A DNA stretch of 64,000 nt, from contig DEDN01000030.1 of assembly GCA_002349565.1 (NCBI GenBank), positions 9,184 through 73,183 of the forward strand. Reading direction: 5' to 3'. Origin of the DNA: Alphaproteobacteria bacterium UBA2903 (GTDB lineage Bacteria; Pseudomonadota; Alphaproteobacteria; CAAGCB01; CAG-977). The position numbers were made by a program, and so were the translations under genes. Of this stretch, positions 36,938 through 47,631 are shown piece after piece. How positions within the stretch are numbered: the first letter of the stretch is position 1; each line of letters opens with the position of its first letter. Below the pieces are notes generated by a model, which was not told where the DNA came from, made no database searches, and saw nothing but the letters and a program-made list of their open reading frames with translations.

Positions 36938-37921
36938 ATGGCTAAAGACGACGATTGGGACGCCGACGATTTGGAAGACGAAGAAGACTACGACGACGAA
37001 GAGGATGATGAAGACGACGATGCGGACAAGGAAGACTCCGCCCGTTCGAAACGACTGGTCGTCGCGTCGTTGAAGATTCTTGTTTCGCTGGCTTTGCTGG
37101 GCGGCGCGGCGATCGTCGTTTTCGCCCCCGGCAAAATTCCGGCGAATCTGACCGCCAAAGTAAAACAGGCAACGCCTTTCATCGAACAAGCCAAACGGCA
37201 GGTTTCTTCCGCCGCGTCGAAAATCACGGCTTCCGACAAAAAAGCGCCGACGCCGCCCCGTATCGCCCCCGCGCGGGAACCGGAAGCCGCCCGCCCCGCC
37301 GCCCCTGTCGATTTCGCGCAAAAACGCGAAATGCCGATAACGGCGGAACCGGTTGAAAAAAACGCAGAACAGCCTGTCGAGCAGCCTGCCAAACCGCAGC
37401 AAAACCGTTTCAACATCAGCGGCAGAGGGCAAATTCCCGATTTGCTGACAGCGATTTCAAACGATCCGCAGCTGAAAGACATTCTGCTCAAAGCGGATGT
37501 CTATACTTTCGAAAAGCTGCCCAAACTGCGTCCGTTCATCAAGTCCTTGATTCTGCGCTGGGCGAAAACGAACAGCTATCCGATGGTTGAAGCCTTGACC
37601 GGCGTTCCGTTCAAAACGTTCGAAGACCATGTTTTGGTTGAACTGTTGCCGTTTACGACGCTGAAACAGGCGGGCTTGACGCCGTCGTATGACGAAAGGC
37701 TGATCAAAGAAAGCCCCTCCAACGCCGCGGGAACGCTGTTCACATACCTGAAACCCGTTGTAGACGCTTTGGATTCGGACAAGGACAAAATCGATACCGT
37801 CGAACCGATTGCGACTTTCTTTGTTTATAAATGCGGCGGCAAAAAAGACTGCCTGATGGCGCTGGATCTGCTGATAGAAATGTTGGGATTGACGGAATAC
37901 AAGGATAAACTGCCGCAATGA
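36938..37921 (+). CDS. Hypothetical membrane-anchored protein (highly acidic N-terminus, single TM, Pro/Ala-rich linker, approximately 170-aa C-terminal domain)
   Basis: The N-terminus is MAKDDDWDADDLEDEEDYDDEEDDEDDDADKEDS. The TM is LVVASLKILVSLALLGGAAIVVFAP, and the linker is PTPPRIAPAREPEAARPAAP. The stop overlaps the ATG of the next gene (ATGA). Confidence 0.55.
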   Translation: MAKDDDWDADDLEDEEDYDDEEDDEDDDADKEDSARSKRLVVASLKILVSLALLGGAAIVVFAPGKIPANLTAKVKQATPFIEQAKRQVSSAASKITASDKKAPTPPRIAPAREPEAARPAAPVDFAQKREMPITAEPVEKNAEQPVEQPAKPQQNRFNISGRGQIPDLLTAISNDPQLKDILLKADVYTFEKLPKLRPFIKSLILRWAKTNSYPMVEALTGVPFKTFEDHVLVELLPFTTLKQAGLTPSYDERLIKESPSNAAGTLFTYLKPVVDALDSDKDKIDTVEPIATFFVYKCGGKKDCLMALDLLIEMLGLTEYKDKLPQ

Positions 37922-39732
37922 CAAAAACGCGTGACTTTTTTTGGCGGATCAGAATCGGCATTATCAGCCGCACAGCCGCTTTCAAAGAAAAAGCAATTCG
38001 GACGTTTCAAGCCGTCCGCCGTTTTTCCCTGCGCCAAAGTCTGCGCGCGTTTCCGTCCGCAGCGCGTCAATTTTTCAAGCATACGCCTCAAACGCTGCTG
38101 CTGTGGACCGCCAAAGCCAAAGGCGGGCGGCTTCGGCTGATTTTGCTGTTTGCGATTTTGTCCGTCGTTTTCGGGCTGGCTGCCATGCCGTTCCGCTTTA
38201 TTGCGAACGACGGTTTCGTGTCGTTCCGTTATGTCGCGCAATCCGCCGCCGGAAACGGCTTTGTCTGGAATCCGCCGCCGTTTGAACCCGTCAGCGGATA
38301 CACCAGCTTTCTGTGGCTGGTTTGTTTGCGGATTTTGTGGTTTTTCGGATTTCAGCCGCCGTTTTCCGCGAATCTGCTGACTTTTTCGTTTTCGATGGGG
38401 GCGGTGGTTTTCGGCTTTTTGTTTTTGCGGCGCGCGCCGTTTTCGCCCGTTCTGCAAAGCAAAAGCTTTTTTCTGTTTTTGCTTTATTGTTTGATTTTGC
38501 TGACAAATCCGACCTTTTTGATGTTTTTCTGGTCGGGAACGGAAGCCGCTTTGTTCAATTTTCTGGTTTTGTGGTGGACATACACCGCCGCAGGCAAAGA
38601 CAAACACCCCGTCAAACAATCCGTTATCGCCGTTTTACTGGCAATGACACGGTGGGACGGCGTTGTTTTTCTTCCGTTCACGCTGATTTTAAACATTCTG
38701 ACGTTCAAACATGCCAAACTGAAGTCCGTTGCGGCGGCGGCGTTTTTGTGCCTGTCCTATTTTTATTTCGATTGGATAAAGCAAACTTACGGTTCGGTCA
38801 TTTCGACAAGCTTTGCCGCTTTGCGAAAAGACAACTTGCCGTTCGGATTTGATTACGCCGGCAGCTTCGCCGTCGAATACGCCCTTTGGTTTTGGGGAAT
38901 TTTCTTTGCGGCAGGTGCGTTGTTCAAAATCGCGCGGCACAGAAAAGCGGAACTGGAGTTTCCCTGCTTGATGATAGTGCTGTTTACGGCATATATCTTG
39001 TTTTTCTCCGTCCTTATCGGAGCGGACGTTTTGGCTTACCGTCCTTTGTCGTTCTTTGTCCCGCTTGCCGCTTTGGGCGCGATCAGAGTGCTGACTGCCG
39101 GCATTACAAGCCGCCTGAGAACGGTTGCCGCGATTGTTTGTCTGTATGTCGGGCTGTCGCTGGTCATTCCGATCACGCATTTTGCCGAGGTTCGCGACTT
39201 GACGACCCGTCGGCAAACGGCGTTTTTGTACAAACCCGTCGGCAAACCCTTGTTAGCTTTCTTTGCGGATTACTGGAACAAAGCGCAGCAGCGTTTGATA
39301 TATCAAGGGGCGGCTTTGCGGCACAAAGAACATCAAGTCTTGTTCAACGAACTGACAAAAAGCCTTCCTTCGCGCGAAAAAGGCAAACTGCTGAAAGCCG
39401 AATACCGCCGCATACTGGCATGGGATTTTGCGGGACAGATTGGTTGGGTGTTTCCGTATGTTTACATTTTGGACACATCGGGACAAAACGACCGTTTTAT
39501 CGCGGCAAGCAAATTCAAGTACGACAACCGCCGTCTGTTGGGACATGAAAGAGTCGTCGCACAGGGATATCCCTTGTGTTTCGGCGGAAACAATCTGAAA
39601 ATCACACCGTTTGACGGAACGCCAGACGTTCAGTACATCCCCGCGCCGTTTCCGCTGACGGACGGCATTATCAAAGGATGCGAAAAGCTGTGGAATCCTT
39701 TGAACAGCCGCATTCCCGTCAAAAAGAATTAA
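37918..39732 (+). CDS. Large polytopic membrane protein, possible GT-C-fold glycosyltransferase-like (speculative)
   Basis: It is 604 aa with more than 10 hydrophobic segments, for example [41 protein letters not shown] and [15 protein letters not shown]. The extracytoplasmic loops have conserved-looking acidic/aromatic motifs ([12 protein letters not shown]) and the C-terminal soluble domain is approximately 150 aa. The antisense ORF 37825..38619 is Lys/Arg/Gln junk. Confidence 0.55.
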   Translation: MTKTRDFFWRIRIGIISRTAAFKEKAIRTFQAVRRFSLRQSLRAFPSAARQFFKHTPQTLLLWTAKAKGGRLRLILLFAILSVVFGLAAMPFRFIANDGFVSFRYVAQSAAGNGFVWNPPPFEPVSGYTSFLWLVCLRILWFFGFQPPFSANLLTFSFSMGAVVFGFLFLRRAPFSPVLQSKSFFLFLLYCLILLTNPTFLMFFWSGTEAALFNFLVLWWTYTAAGKDKHPVKQSVIAVLLAMTRWDGVVFLPFTLILNILTFKHAKLKSVAAAAFLCLSYFYFDWIKQTYGSVISTSFAALRKDNLPFGFDYAGSFAVEYALWFWGIFFAAGALFKIARHRKAELEFPCLMIVLFTAYILFFSVLIGADVLAYRPLSFFVPLAALGAIRVLTAGITSRLRTVAAIVCLYVGLSLVIPITHFAEVRDLTTRRQTAFLYKPVGKPLLAFFADYWNKAQQRLIYQGAALRHKEHQVLFNELTKSLPSREKGKLLKAEYRRILAWDFAGQIGWVFPYVYILDTSGQNDRFIAASKFKYDNRRLLGHERVVAQGYPLCFGGNNLKITPFDGTPDVQYIPAPFPLTDGIIKGCEKLWNPLNSRIPVKKN

Positions 39733-41078
39733 GCGTTTTTCCGTTTCAGCATTTCGGCGACCAAAAACGCCAATTCCAGCGATTGATTCGCGTTCAGACG
39801 AGGGTCGCAAAGCGTGCTGTAACGCTGTCCGAGCGTTTCTTCGGTGATTGCCTGCGCACCGCCGACGCATTCGGTCACATCCTGCCCCGTCATTTCAAAG
39901 TGCAATCCGCCCGCGTAAGTGCCTTCGGCTTCGTGAACGGCGAAAAAGTTTTTCACTTCTTCCAAAATCGCGTTGAAATCGCGGGTTTTGTAACCGTTGG
40001 ACGCAACCTGCGTGTTGGCGTGCATCGGATCGCACGACCAAACGACCTGATACCCTTCGCGTTCAACCGCCCGAATCAGCGGCGGAAGCTTTTCAGCGAC
40101 TTTGTGCCGCCCCATACGGATAATCAAAGTCAGTCTGCCCGCTTCGTTCAGCGGATTCAGGATATCGCACAGCCGCAACAAGTCGTCGGTCTGGACATTC
40201 GGTCCGACCTTGACGCCCAGCGGATTGGACACGCCGCGCGCAAATTCGACATGCGCCCCGTCGGGATCGCGGGTGCGTTCACCGATCCAAAGCATATGCG
40301 CGGAACAGTCGTACCAATCGCCCGTTGACGAATCGACACGGGTCAAGGCTTCCTCAAACGGCAGCAGCAACGCTTCGTGGGACGTGTAAAACGGCGTTTC
40401 CCGCACAACGGGAACGGTCGAAGCGGAAATGCCGCATGCCGTCATAAAGTCCAGCGTTTCGCTGATGCGTTCGGAAAAACGGCGGTAGCGTTCGCCCTGC
40501 AAAGAATTTGCGACAAAGCCCAAATTCCATTCCTGCACTTTGTTCAAATCGGCGAAACCGCCTTGGGAAAACGCGCGCAGCAGGTTCAGCGTCGCCGAAG
40601 CGTGATGATACGCCTGCAGCATCCGTTCAGGCTGCGCCGCGCGGGATTCGGGCGTAAATTCGATGCCGTTGATGTTGTCGCCTTTGTATGACGGCAAAGT
40701 TACTCCGTTAATCGTTTCGAACGCCGACGACCTCGGCTTGGCAAACTGTCCCGCCATGCGCCCGACTTTGACGACGGGACGCGCCGCGCCGTACATCAAA
40801 ACGACCGCCATCTGAAGCAAAATGCGGAACATGTCGCGAATATTGTTTGCGCCGAAGTCTTCAAAGCTTTCGGCGCAATCGCCGCCCTGCAGCAGGAAAG
40901 CCCTGCCGTTGGCAACTTCACCCAGCGATTTTTTCAGCCGCATGGATTCTTCGGCAAAAACCAAAGGCGGATATTTATGCAGCTTTTGTTCGACACGTTT
41001 GAGCAAAGCGGCATCGTCATATTCGGGCAAATGCGCCGCAGGCTTCAAACGCCAGCTGTCGGGCAGCCATTCTTCCAT
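39729..41078 (-). CDS. 3-deoxy-7-phosphoheptulonate (DAHP) synthase, class II (plant/actinobacterial type)
   Basis: It is 449 aa and has the class II motifs GGDCAESF and [15 protein letters not shown]. Confidence 0.85.
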   Translation of the reverse strand: MEEWLPDSWRLKPAAHLPEYDDAALLKRVEQKLHKYPPLVFAEESMRLKKSLGEVANGRAFLLQGGDCAESFEDFGANNIRDMFRILLQMAVVLMYGAARPVVKVGRMAGQFAKPRSSAFETINGVTLPSYKGDNINGIEFTPESRAAQPERMLQAYHHASATLNLLRAFSQGGFADLNKVQEWNLGFVANSLQGERYRRFSERISETLDFMTACGISASTVPVVRETPFYTSHEALLLPFEEALTRVDSSTGDWYDCSAHMLWIGERTRDPDGAHVEFARGVSNPLGVKVGPNVQTDDLLRLCDILNPLNEAGRLTLIIRMGRHKVAEKLPPLIRAVEREGYQVVWSCDPMHANTQVASNGYKTRDFNAILEEVKNFFAVHEAEGTYAGGLHFEMTGQDVTECVGGAQAITEETLGQRYSTLCDPRLNANQSLELAFLVAEMLKRKNA

Positions 41079-41115
41079 AGTTGAGATTCCTCGCGAACCG
41101 TAAATTTCAAAGCTT

Positions 41116-41694
41116 TTATAAACTTTCCCGCCCGCTTTGACCAGCGTTATTTTCCAACCGTTCCAAGATAAGACGATTCTGCTCTTCGATTTCCTTTTCC
41201 AACTTCAGCCGTTCTTCCCGCGCACGTTCCATCAAAGTCATCGGATCTTCGGGGACGGTTTCGGGCATCGGCAGCGTATCGAACTTTTTGAACTGTTCAT
41301 CCAAATACTTCGGATCGGTCAATTTTTCAAACAGCTCTTTTTCCGCTTTTTCATCAATCGGCGGCAAAGAAAACGGCGGCGAAAAATCGGGCGGCAGGTA
41401 TTCGCTCCCCGTTACTTTCCCCCAAACGACGCGCGCGTCGCACCACGCCGTTTGATAGGAACACACCGTCATCCGCGTCAGTTTGTCAACGGACAAATCG
41501 GCTTGAAGCTTATCCCCCATGCAAACAAACAGTTGCGCTCCGCACCCCTTGAAAGAACCGTCTTTGGACGTTGAAACGAAAATAGCCAGAATGACCGCAA
41601 AAACAAACAGAATCACGGCGGGAAACCATAGCGTTAATACATACTTAACACTTTTCTTGAATTTCCTTGCGTATCTGGCTATTTTTTCTTTCAT
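41116..41694 (-). CDS. Hypothetical membrane-anchored protein with Cys-containing exported domain and coiled-coil C-terminus
   Basis: The N-terminal TM is [22 protein letters not shown]. Four Cys are present ([10 protein letters not shown]...CSYQTAWC), and the tail is Glu/Lys-rich helical. It lies between glmS and the DAHP synthase gene on the same strand. Confidence 0.45.
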   Translation of the reverse strand: MKEKIARYARKFKKSVKYVLTLWFPAVILFVFAVILAIFVSTSKDGSFKGCGAQLFVCMGDKLQADLSVDKLTRMTVCSYQTAWCDARVVWGKVTGSEYLPPDFSPPFSLPPIDEKAEKELFEKLTDPKYLDEQFKKFDTLPMPETVPEDPMTLMERAREERLKLEKEIEEQNRLILERLENNAGQSGRESL

Positions 41695-41703
41695 ACCGAA
41701 GCC

Positions 41704-43530
41704 CTATTCCACAGTCACGCTTTTTGCCAGATTGCGCGGCTGATCGACATCCGTTCCTTTCGCAACAGCTGTATGATACGCCAACAGCTGAACGGGAATG
41801 GCGTACAAAATCGGCGCAACGAACGAATCGACCGTCGGCAGGATAATCGTCGCCGCGGAACGGTCTTTGACCGTGCCGACGCCGTCCTTGTCGCCAAAGA
41901 AAACAACCTTGCCGCCGCGCGCCAAGACTTCCTGCATATTGGAAATCGTTTTATCGAACAGTTCGTCCGTCGGCGCGACAACCACGACGGGCACGCCTTC
42001 GTCAATCAAGGCAATCGGTCCGTGCTTCATTTCGCCCGCGGCGTATCCTTCGGCGTGAATGTACGAGATTTCTTTGAGCTTCAGCGCGCCTTCCAAAGCA
42101 ATCGGATAGCTGCTGCCGCGCCCCAAATACAAAACGTCGTGCGCGGGAACCATCAGATTTTGCGCGATTTTTTCAATCGCTTTGTCATTGTTCAGCACTT
42201 CGGCGGCGCGGGACGGCACTTCGACCAAAGCGCGGGACAGGCGGCTTTCCTCCGATCGGGACAGCGCGCCTTTCGCCCTCCCCAAGGCAATCGCAAAGCA
42301 CGCCAGCAGCGTCAGTTGAGTCGTGAACGCTTTTGTGGACGCGACGCCGATTTCGGGACCCGCCAAGGTTTTCAGCACGCAATCGGATTCGCGCGCCATG
42401 GTGCTGGCGGAAACGTTGACGATAGAAACGATTTTCTGCCCCTGCTCTTTGCAATAGCGCAAAGCCGCCAGCGTGTCCGCCGTTTCGCCCGATTGGGAAA
42501 TGAACAGCGCGACGCCGCCTTTTTCCATAACGGGACGGCGATAGCGGAATTCGGACGCGACGTCGATGTCGACGGGAACGCGCGCAATCGATTCAATCCA
42601 GTATTTGCCGACCAAGCCCGCGTAATACGACGTGCCGCACGCGACAATCGTCAAACGGGTCATTTCCTTTAAATCAAACGGCACGTTCGGCAACGTGATG
42701 GTGTCCATATCCTGATTGATCATCGTGTTCAGCGTATCGCCGATGACTTGCGGCTGTTCATAGATTTCTTTAAGCATAAAGTGACGGTAGCCGCCTTTGC
42801 CGATCATCGCCCCCGATGTCGAAGATTGTTCGACGGGACGTTCCGCTTCCTTGCCGTTTTCGTCATAGACCGTGGCGGACGAGTGCGTCAAAACAACCCA
42901 GTCGCCGTCTTCCAAATACATAATCTTTTGCGTCAAAGACGCCAGAGCCAAGGCGTCGGAGCCGAGGAACATCTCGCCGTCGCCGAAGCCGACCGCCAAG
43001 GGAGCGCCTTTGCGTGCGCCGATTAGAATGTCTTCACGTCCCGCGAAAATAATCGCCAGAGCAAACGCGCCGTTCAGCCGTTTCAACGACTGCGCGACCG
43101 CCGTTTGCGGGTCAAGCCCTTCCTCGATTTTCTGGGAAATCAGATGAACGACGACTTCGGTGTCCGTTTCGCTTTCGAAAACGTGTCCCAGTTCTTTCAA
43201 TTCGTCGCGCAGTTCGCGGTAGTTTTCGATAATGCCGTTATGCACGACGGCGACGTATTTCGTCGCGTGCGGGTGCGCGTTCGTTTCGTTCGGAACGCCG
43301 TGCGTCGCCCAGCGGGTATGCCCGATTCCGATTGTCCCCGTCAGCGGATTTTCGGCGATTTTCTTTTCCAGATTGACGATTTTCCCCTTGGCGCGGCGGC
43401 GTTCGATTTTGCCGTCAACCAGCGTCGCCACCCCCGCGGAATCGTAACCGCGGTATTCCAGCCGTTTCAGCCCGTCAATCAGCAACGGGGTAACTTGTCT
43501 GTTCGATATAATGCCTACAATGCCGCACAT
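41704..43530 (-). CDS. glmS: Glutamine--fructose-6-phosphate aminotransferase (isomerising)
   Basis: It has the N-terminal MCGIVGI (Ntn Cys) and two SIS domains, and is 608 aa. Confidence 0.92.
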   Translation of the reverse strand: MCGIVGIISNRQVTPLLIDGLKRLEYRGYDSAGVATLVDGKIERRRAKGKIVNLEKKIAENPLTGTIGIGHTRWATHGVPNETNAHPHATKYVAVVHNGIIENYRELRDELKELGHVFESETDTEVVVHLISQKIEEGLDPQTAVAQSLKRLNGAFALAIIFAGREDILIGARKGAPLAVGFGDGEMFLGSDALALASLTQKIMYLEDGDWVVLTHSSATVYDENGKEAERPVEQSSTSGAMIGKGGYRHFMLKEIYEQPQVIGDTLNTMINQDMDTITLPNVPFDLKEMTRLTIVACGTSYYAGLVGKYWIESIARVPVDIDVASEFRYRRPVMEKGGVALFISQSGETADTLAALRYCKEQGQKIVSIVNVSASTMARESDCVLKTLAGPEIGVASTKAFTTQLTLLACFAIALGRAKGALSRSEESRLSRALVEVPSRAAEVLNNDKAIEKIAQNLMVPAHDVLYLGRGSSYPIALEGALKLKEISYIHAEGYAAGEMKHGPIALIDEGVPVVVVAPTDELFDKTISNMQEVLARGGKVVFFGDKDGVGTVKDRSAATIILPTVDSFVAPILYAIPVQLLAYHTAVAKGTDVDQPRNLAKSVTVE

Positions 43531-43542
43531 AATTGTTTTTCC

Positions 43543-44889
43543 TTATTTTTTCAAAGATTCTTTTAACGTTTTTTTCTGTTCGCGGAATTTTTCCGCCCAA
43601 CCGTCCAACACCGTTTGCTTGCCGCGCGCGACAGCCATGGCGTTTTTGCCGACCGTTTTGGTAATGACCGACCCCGCCGCCGTCATCGCGCCGTCTTCAA
43701 TGGTGCAAGGCGCGACGATAATCGTGTTTGATCCGATGAAAGCCCCCGCGCCGATGTCGGTTTTCGATTTGAAATAACCGTCATAGTTGCAGGTAATCGT
43801 TCCCGCGCCGATATTGGTTTTCGCCCCGATTCGCGCGTCGCCGATATAGGACAAATGATTGACTTTTGCCCCCGTTTCGATAACGGATTTCTTGATTTCG
43901 ACGAAATCGCCGATATGGCAGTTTTCGCCGATGTCGGCTTCGGGACGCAAACGGGCGAAAGGTCCGACTTTCGCGCCTTTGCGGATGCGAGTCCCCTCGA
44001 AATGGCAAAAGCCCTTGATTTCAACGTCGTCTTCGACAGAACAGCCCGTTTCAAAGATAACGTTCGGCTCGATAACGACATCTTTGCCCAACACGGTGTC
44101 ATAAGAAAAATACACCGTCTTCGGGTCAATCATGGTGACGCCCTGCGCCAAGAATTTTTCGCGCAGTTCATTTTGAACGACCGCTTCAATCGCCGCCAAA
44201 TCCGCGCGGGAATTCGCGCCCGCGACTTCCGATTCGGCACATTCGATGGCAACGGCTTTTCCCCCGTCCGCACGCGCCAAAGCCACCAAATCGGTCAGGT
44301 AGTATTCGCCCGCCGCGTTATCGTTGGTCAAGCGGTCCAGCCAGCCAAACAGCTTTTCGGCGGCAACGCACATCACGCCCGAATTGCACAGGCGAACGGC
44401 GCGTTCGGTTTCGGAAGCGTCCTTGTATTCGACAATGCGTTCCAGCGTGCCGTCTTTGACGATTAAACGCCCGTAGCGCGCGGGGTCAACGGGACTGAAG
44501 CCCAAAACGACCACATCCGCGCCGTTTTCGCGTTCTTTAATCATCGCTTCCAGCGTTTCCTTGCGCACCAAAGGCGTATCGCCGTACAGCACCAAAACGC
44601 TGCCCGACGCGCCCTTTAAAGCTTCGCGCGCGGCTTTGACCGCGTCGCCCGTTCCCTGCTGTTTATGCTGAACGGCGACCGCGTGCGGCGCAACCGCTTC
44701 GGCGACTTGCTCCATATTCGGACCGACGACAACGACGGCTTTTTCGGCATGCAAAGAATCGACGGTCGCCAACAAATGCGACACCATCGGACGCCCCGCG
44801 ATTTTGTGCAGGACTTTGGGCAAAGCGGACTTCATGCGCGTTCCCTGCCCCGCCGCCAGCACGACGGCATAAATCGAATTTTCAGCCAT
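43543..44889 (-). CDS. glmU: Bifunctional UDP-N-acetylglucosamine pyrophosphorylase / glucosamine-1-phosphate N-acetyltransferase
   Basis: It has LAAGQGTRMKS and C-terminal left-handed beta-helix hexapeptide repeats, and is 448 aa. Confidence 0.9.
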   Translation of the reverse strand: MAENSIYAVVLAAGQGTRMKSALPKVLHKIAGRPMVSHLLATVDSLHAEKAVVVVGPNMEQVAEAVAPHAVAVQHKQQGTGDAVKAAREALKGASGSVLVLYGDTPLVRKETLEAMIKERENGADVVVLGFSPVDPARYGRLIVKDGTLERIVEYKDASETERAVRLCNSGVMCVAAEKLFGWLDRLTNDNAAGEYYLTDLVALARADGGKAVAIECAESEVAGANSRADLAAIEAVVQNELREKFLAQGVTMIDPKTVYFSYDTVLGKDVVIEPNVIFETGCSVEDDVEIKGFCHFEGTRIRKGAKVGPFARLRPEADIGENCHIGDFVEIKKSVIETGAKVNHLSYIGDARIGAKTNIGAGTITCNYDGYFKSKTDIGAGAFIGSNTIIVAPCTIEDGAMTAAGSVITKTVGKNAMAVARGKQTVLDGWAEKFREQKKTLKESLKK

Positions 44890-44984
44890 AAGCTTCCCTC
44901 TTTATCTTTCTGCCGAAATTTGGCATACTTAAGTTCAAATTTGAAATAAATTATGGCTACATATTGTTACGGAAGTTTAAACAA

Positions 44985-45647
44985 ATGGCAAAAAAGTATC
45001 TGGTTTTCGATTTGGACGGCACGCTGATTAACTCGATTCCCGACATGTGCCGCGAAATCGGGCTGTTTTTGCAAAAGCAGGGAAAGCGTCCGCTGACCGA
45101 AGCCGAAACCGTTTCGATTATCGGCAACGGCGCGCGGGTCATGTTGGCGGGCGCGCTTAAATTAACCGGCATGGAAACAACGCCCGAACAGTTTGAATCT
45201 TTGCTGTCCGATTGGCTGAAACAGTACGCCGAAGCCCCGATGAACCATACAAAGCCGTGGAAAAACGTTGTTGAAACGCTTGAAAAACTGAAATCGGCGG
45301 GGTGTCGCATGGCGGTTTGCACGAACAAGCCCGACGCCCCGACCAAAGCCATTTTGCAAAAGCTCGATTTGGAAAAATACTTTGACGTCGTACTGAGCGC
45401 GGATTCGCTTCCCGTGCGCAAACCGCGCCCCGAACCGCTGTGGGAAGCCGTCAAGCGCATGGGCGGAACGAACGACAACGCCGTGATGATAGGCGACAGC
45501 GAAGCGGACGCGGAAGCCGCCCGAAACGCGGGCTTTCCCGTTATTCTGCTCAGTTTCGGCTATGCGCACGTTCCGTTTTCGGAAATCAAGCCCGACGCCT
45601 TGATAGACGATTTCGGCGATTTGCCCGAAGCGTTAGGACAGCTTTAA
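44985..45647 (+). CDS. gph: HAD-family phosphoglycolate phosphatase-like hydrolase
   Basis: It has YLVFDLDGTLINS (motif I), CTNKP and the GDSEAD motifs. The start was taken at MAKKY (44985). Confidence 0.75.
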   Translation: MAKKYLVFDLDGTLINSIPDMCREIGLFLQKQGKRPLTEAETVSIIGNGARVMLAGALKLTGMETTPEQFESLLSDWLKQYAEAPMNHTKPWKNVVETLEKLKSAGCRMAVCTNKPDAPTKAILQKLDLEKYFDVVLSADSLPVRKPRPEPLWEAVKRMGGTNDNAVMIGDSEADAEAARNAGFPVILLSFGYAHVPFSEIKPDALIDDFGDLPEALGQL

Positions 45648-46460
45648 TCCGTTCAAAAACTTGTCGAAGTCTTTGCCGTCATAATCTTCGATTTTGCCCG
45701 CGTCGCACATTTTCGCCGTTTCGGGGTTCATCGGCAGCTGAACGGTATACGGAATCGCATACTTGCCCGCGATTTCAAAGATATGGCTTTCCCCGAAAAT
45801 GTAATGCTTTTTATGACAGTCGGGACATTCAAAGTACGCCATGTTTTCGACGATTCCCAAAACGGGAATGTTCATTTTGTTCGCCATTTTGACCGCTTTT
45901 TCGACAATCATCGAAACCAGTTCCTGCGGCGAAGTCACAATCACGATACCGTCAACGGGAATCGATTGAAACACGGTCAGCGGCACGTCGCCCGTTCCGG
46001 GAGGCATATCGATAAACATCACGTCGACATCGTTCCAAATCACGTCCGTCCAAAACTGCTTAACCGTTCCCGCAATCACGGGACCGCGCCACAAAACGGG
46101 ATCGGTATCGTTTTCCAACAGCATATTGACGGACATAATCTCAATACCCGTATCCGTTTCGGCGGGGAAAATGCCGCTGTCGTTGCCCATCGCCTTTTGC
46201 GTCACGCCGAACGTTTTGGGAATCGAGGGACCTGTAATATCCGCATCCAACACGGCTGTTTTCAGCCCCTTTTTCCGCGCCGCAACCGCCAGCATGCTCG
46301 TCACGGACGATTTGCCGACTCCGCCTTTGCCGCTGACGACCGCAATGACTTTTTTGACATGCGCGTTTGTGTTCGATTTCGCAATCAAGTCTTCTTTGGC
46401 GACCTGCCGTTCCGAACAATGGTGCGTACACGTTGAACAGTTATGCGAACATTCAGTCAT
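45633..46460 (-). CDS. apbC: Mrp/NBP35-family Fe-S cluster carrier ATPase (ApbC) with Cys-rich N-terminal tail
   Basis: It has VSGKGGVGKSS (deviant Walker A) and the CxxC motif (FECPDCHK). The N-terminus is MTECSHNCSTCTHHCSE. Confidence 0.85.
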   Translation of the reverse strand: MTECSHNCSTCTHHCSERQVAKEDLIAKSNTNAHVKKVIAVVSGKGGVGKSSVTSMLAVAARKKGLKTAVLDADITGPSIPKTFGVTQKAMGNDSGIFPAETDTGIEIMSVNMLLENDTDPVLWRGPVIAGTVKQFWTDVIWNDVDVMFIDMPPGTGDVPLTVFQSIPVDGIVIVTSPQELVSMIVEKAVKMANKMNIPVLGIVENMAYFECPDCHKKHYIFGESHIFEIAGKYAIPYTVQLPMNPETAKMCDAGKIEDYDGKDFDKFLNGLKLS

Positions 46461-47626
46461 TGTTTGTTTTCCTTTATCAAGTTCAAAATCGCGTCGGCGG
46501 CTTTTTGACTGGGCGTTTCAGCCCCGTCCGCCCCCAACCTTTTCAGCACATCGAACGCGCCGTCCACTTCTGCGTTTTTGTATGCTTCGTCCGTTAAGAG
46601 CTTTTCGATTTCCGCCGCCAACAGATCGGGCTTGCAGTCCTCCAGCAAGTATTCTTTGACGATTTCCCCGTCCGCCAAAATGTTGACCAAGTTTGCGTAC
46701 TTTCCGCTGACCAGTTTGCGCGCCAAGAACGACGACACGGGATTCATCTTGTACGCAATCGTGTAGGGGACTTTCGCCATCGCCAGTTCCAAAGCAACCG
46801 TTCCCGACGCCGCCAAAGCCGCATCCGCCGCCGCGAAAGCGTCGTACCGCGCCTTTTCCCCCTCGACAACGCTGACGGGCAAAGCCCATTCCCTGACCGC
46901 CGCCTTGACCGCATTCTGCACCGTCGCGACCGTCGGCACGACGATTTTTGCATCGGGATGCTTTTGCGCCAGCAAAGCGACCGTATCCTTGAACACGGGC
47001 AGCAAGTATTTGATTTCCGAACGCCTGCTTCCCGGCAAAACGCACAGCAGCTTTTCATTTTCGGCAATACCGTGTTCGGCGCGGAAAGCCGCTCCGTTTC
47101 CTTTCGCCGCGCCGCCCTCGACAACGGGATGCCCGACGAAATCGACTTTCAAGCCGTAGGGCGTAAAGTATTTCGCTTCATACGGCAGCAAAGCCAGCAA
47201 CAAATCGATGTAGCGTCCGCACGTTTTCGCACGCCCCTTTTTCCATGCCCAGACTTGGGGGGCGACGTAATGCACCTGCGGAATCCCCGTGTGCAGAGAG
47301 CGCAAACCCTGATTGACGCGCGCGGAAAAGCTCCAGCTGTCAACTGTAATGACGACAGCGGGCTTTTTGGCAACAATGTCGTCGACCGTTTGACGGATGC
47401 GCGCCATAATGCGCGGAATGGACGGAATGACCTCCGCCAAGCCCATAACCGCCAGTTCCGACGAATCGAACAGGCTTTCAAAGCCCTGTTCCGCCATGGT
47501 TTCCCCGCCGACGCCCGCAAAGCGGACTTTGCCGCCCGTTTTTTCACGCAAAGCTTTCATCAGCCTTGACGCCAGCAAATCGCCCGACGGTTCGCCCGCA
47601 ATCAGATAAATCAGTTTTTCTTCCAC
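46457..47626 (-). CDS. lpxB: Lipid-A-disaccharide synthase
   Basis: It has LIAGEPSGDLLASRLMKAL and is 389 aa. Confidence 0.88.
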   Translation of the reverse strand: MEEKLIYLIAGEPSGDLLASRLMKALREKTGGKVRFAGVGGETMAEQGFESLFDSSELAVMGLAEVIPSIPRIMARIRQTVDDIVAKKPAVVITVDSWSFSARVNQGLRSLHTGIPQVHYVAPQVWAWKKGRAKTCGRYIDLLLALLPYEAKYFTPYGLKVDFVGHPVVEGGAAKGNGAAFRAEHGIAENEKLLCVLPGSRRSEIKYLLPVFKDTVALLAQKHPDAKIVVPTVATVQNAVKAAVREWALPVSVVEGEKARYDAFAAADAALAASGTVALELAMAKVPYTIAYKMNPVSSFLARKLVSGKYANLVNILADGEIVKEYLLEDCKPDLLAAEIEKLLTDEAYKNAEVDGAFDVLKRLGADGAETPSQKAADAILNLIKENKQ

Positions 47627-47631
47627 AGCGA

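Noticed and set aside
34452-37073. An 873-aa plus-strand ORF spanning the nadE and ribokinase loci and their intergenic region
   Set aside because: It is entirely antisense to two well-conserved minus-strand genes. Its composition is Arg/Gly/Phe/Gln-dominated, typical of the complementary frame of GC-rich coding DNA. It contains no recognisable motifs.
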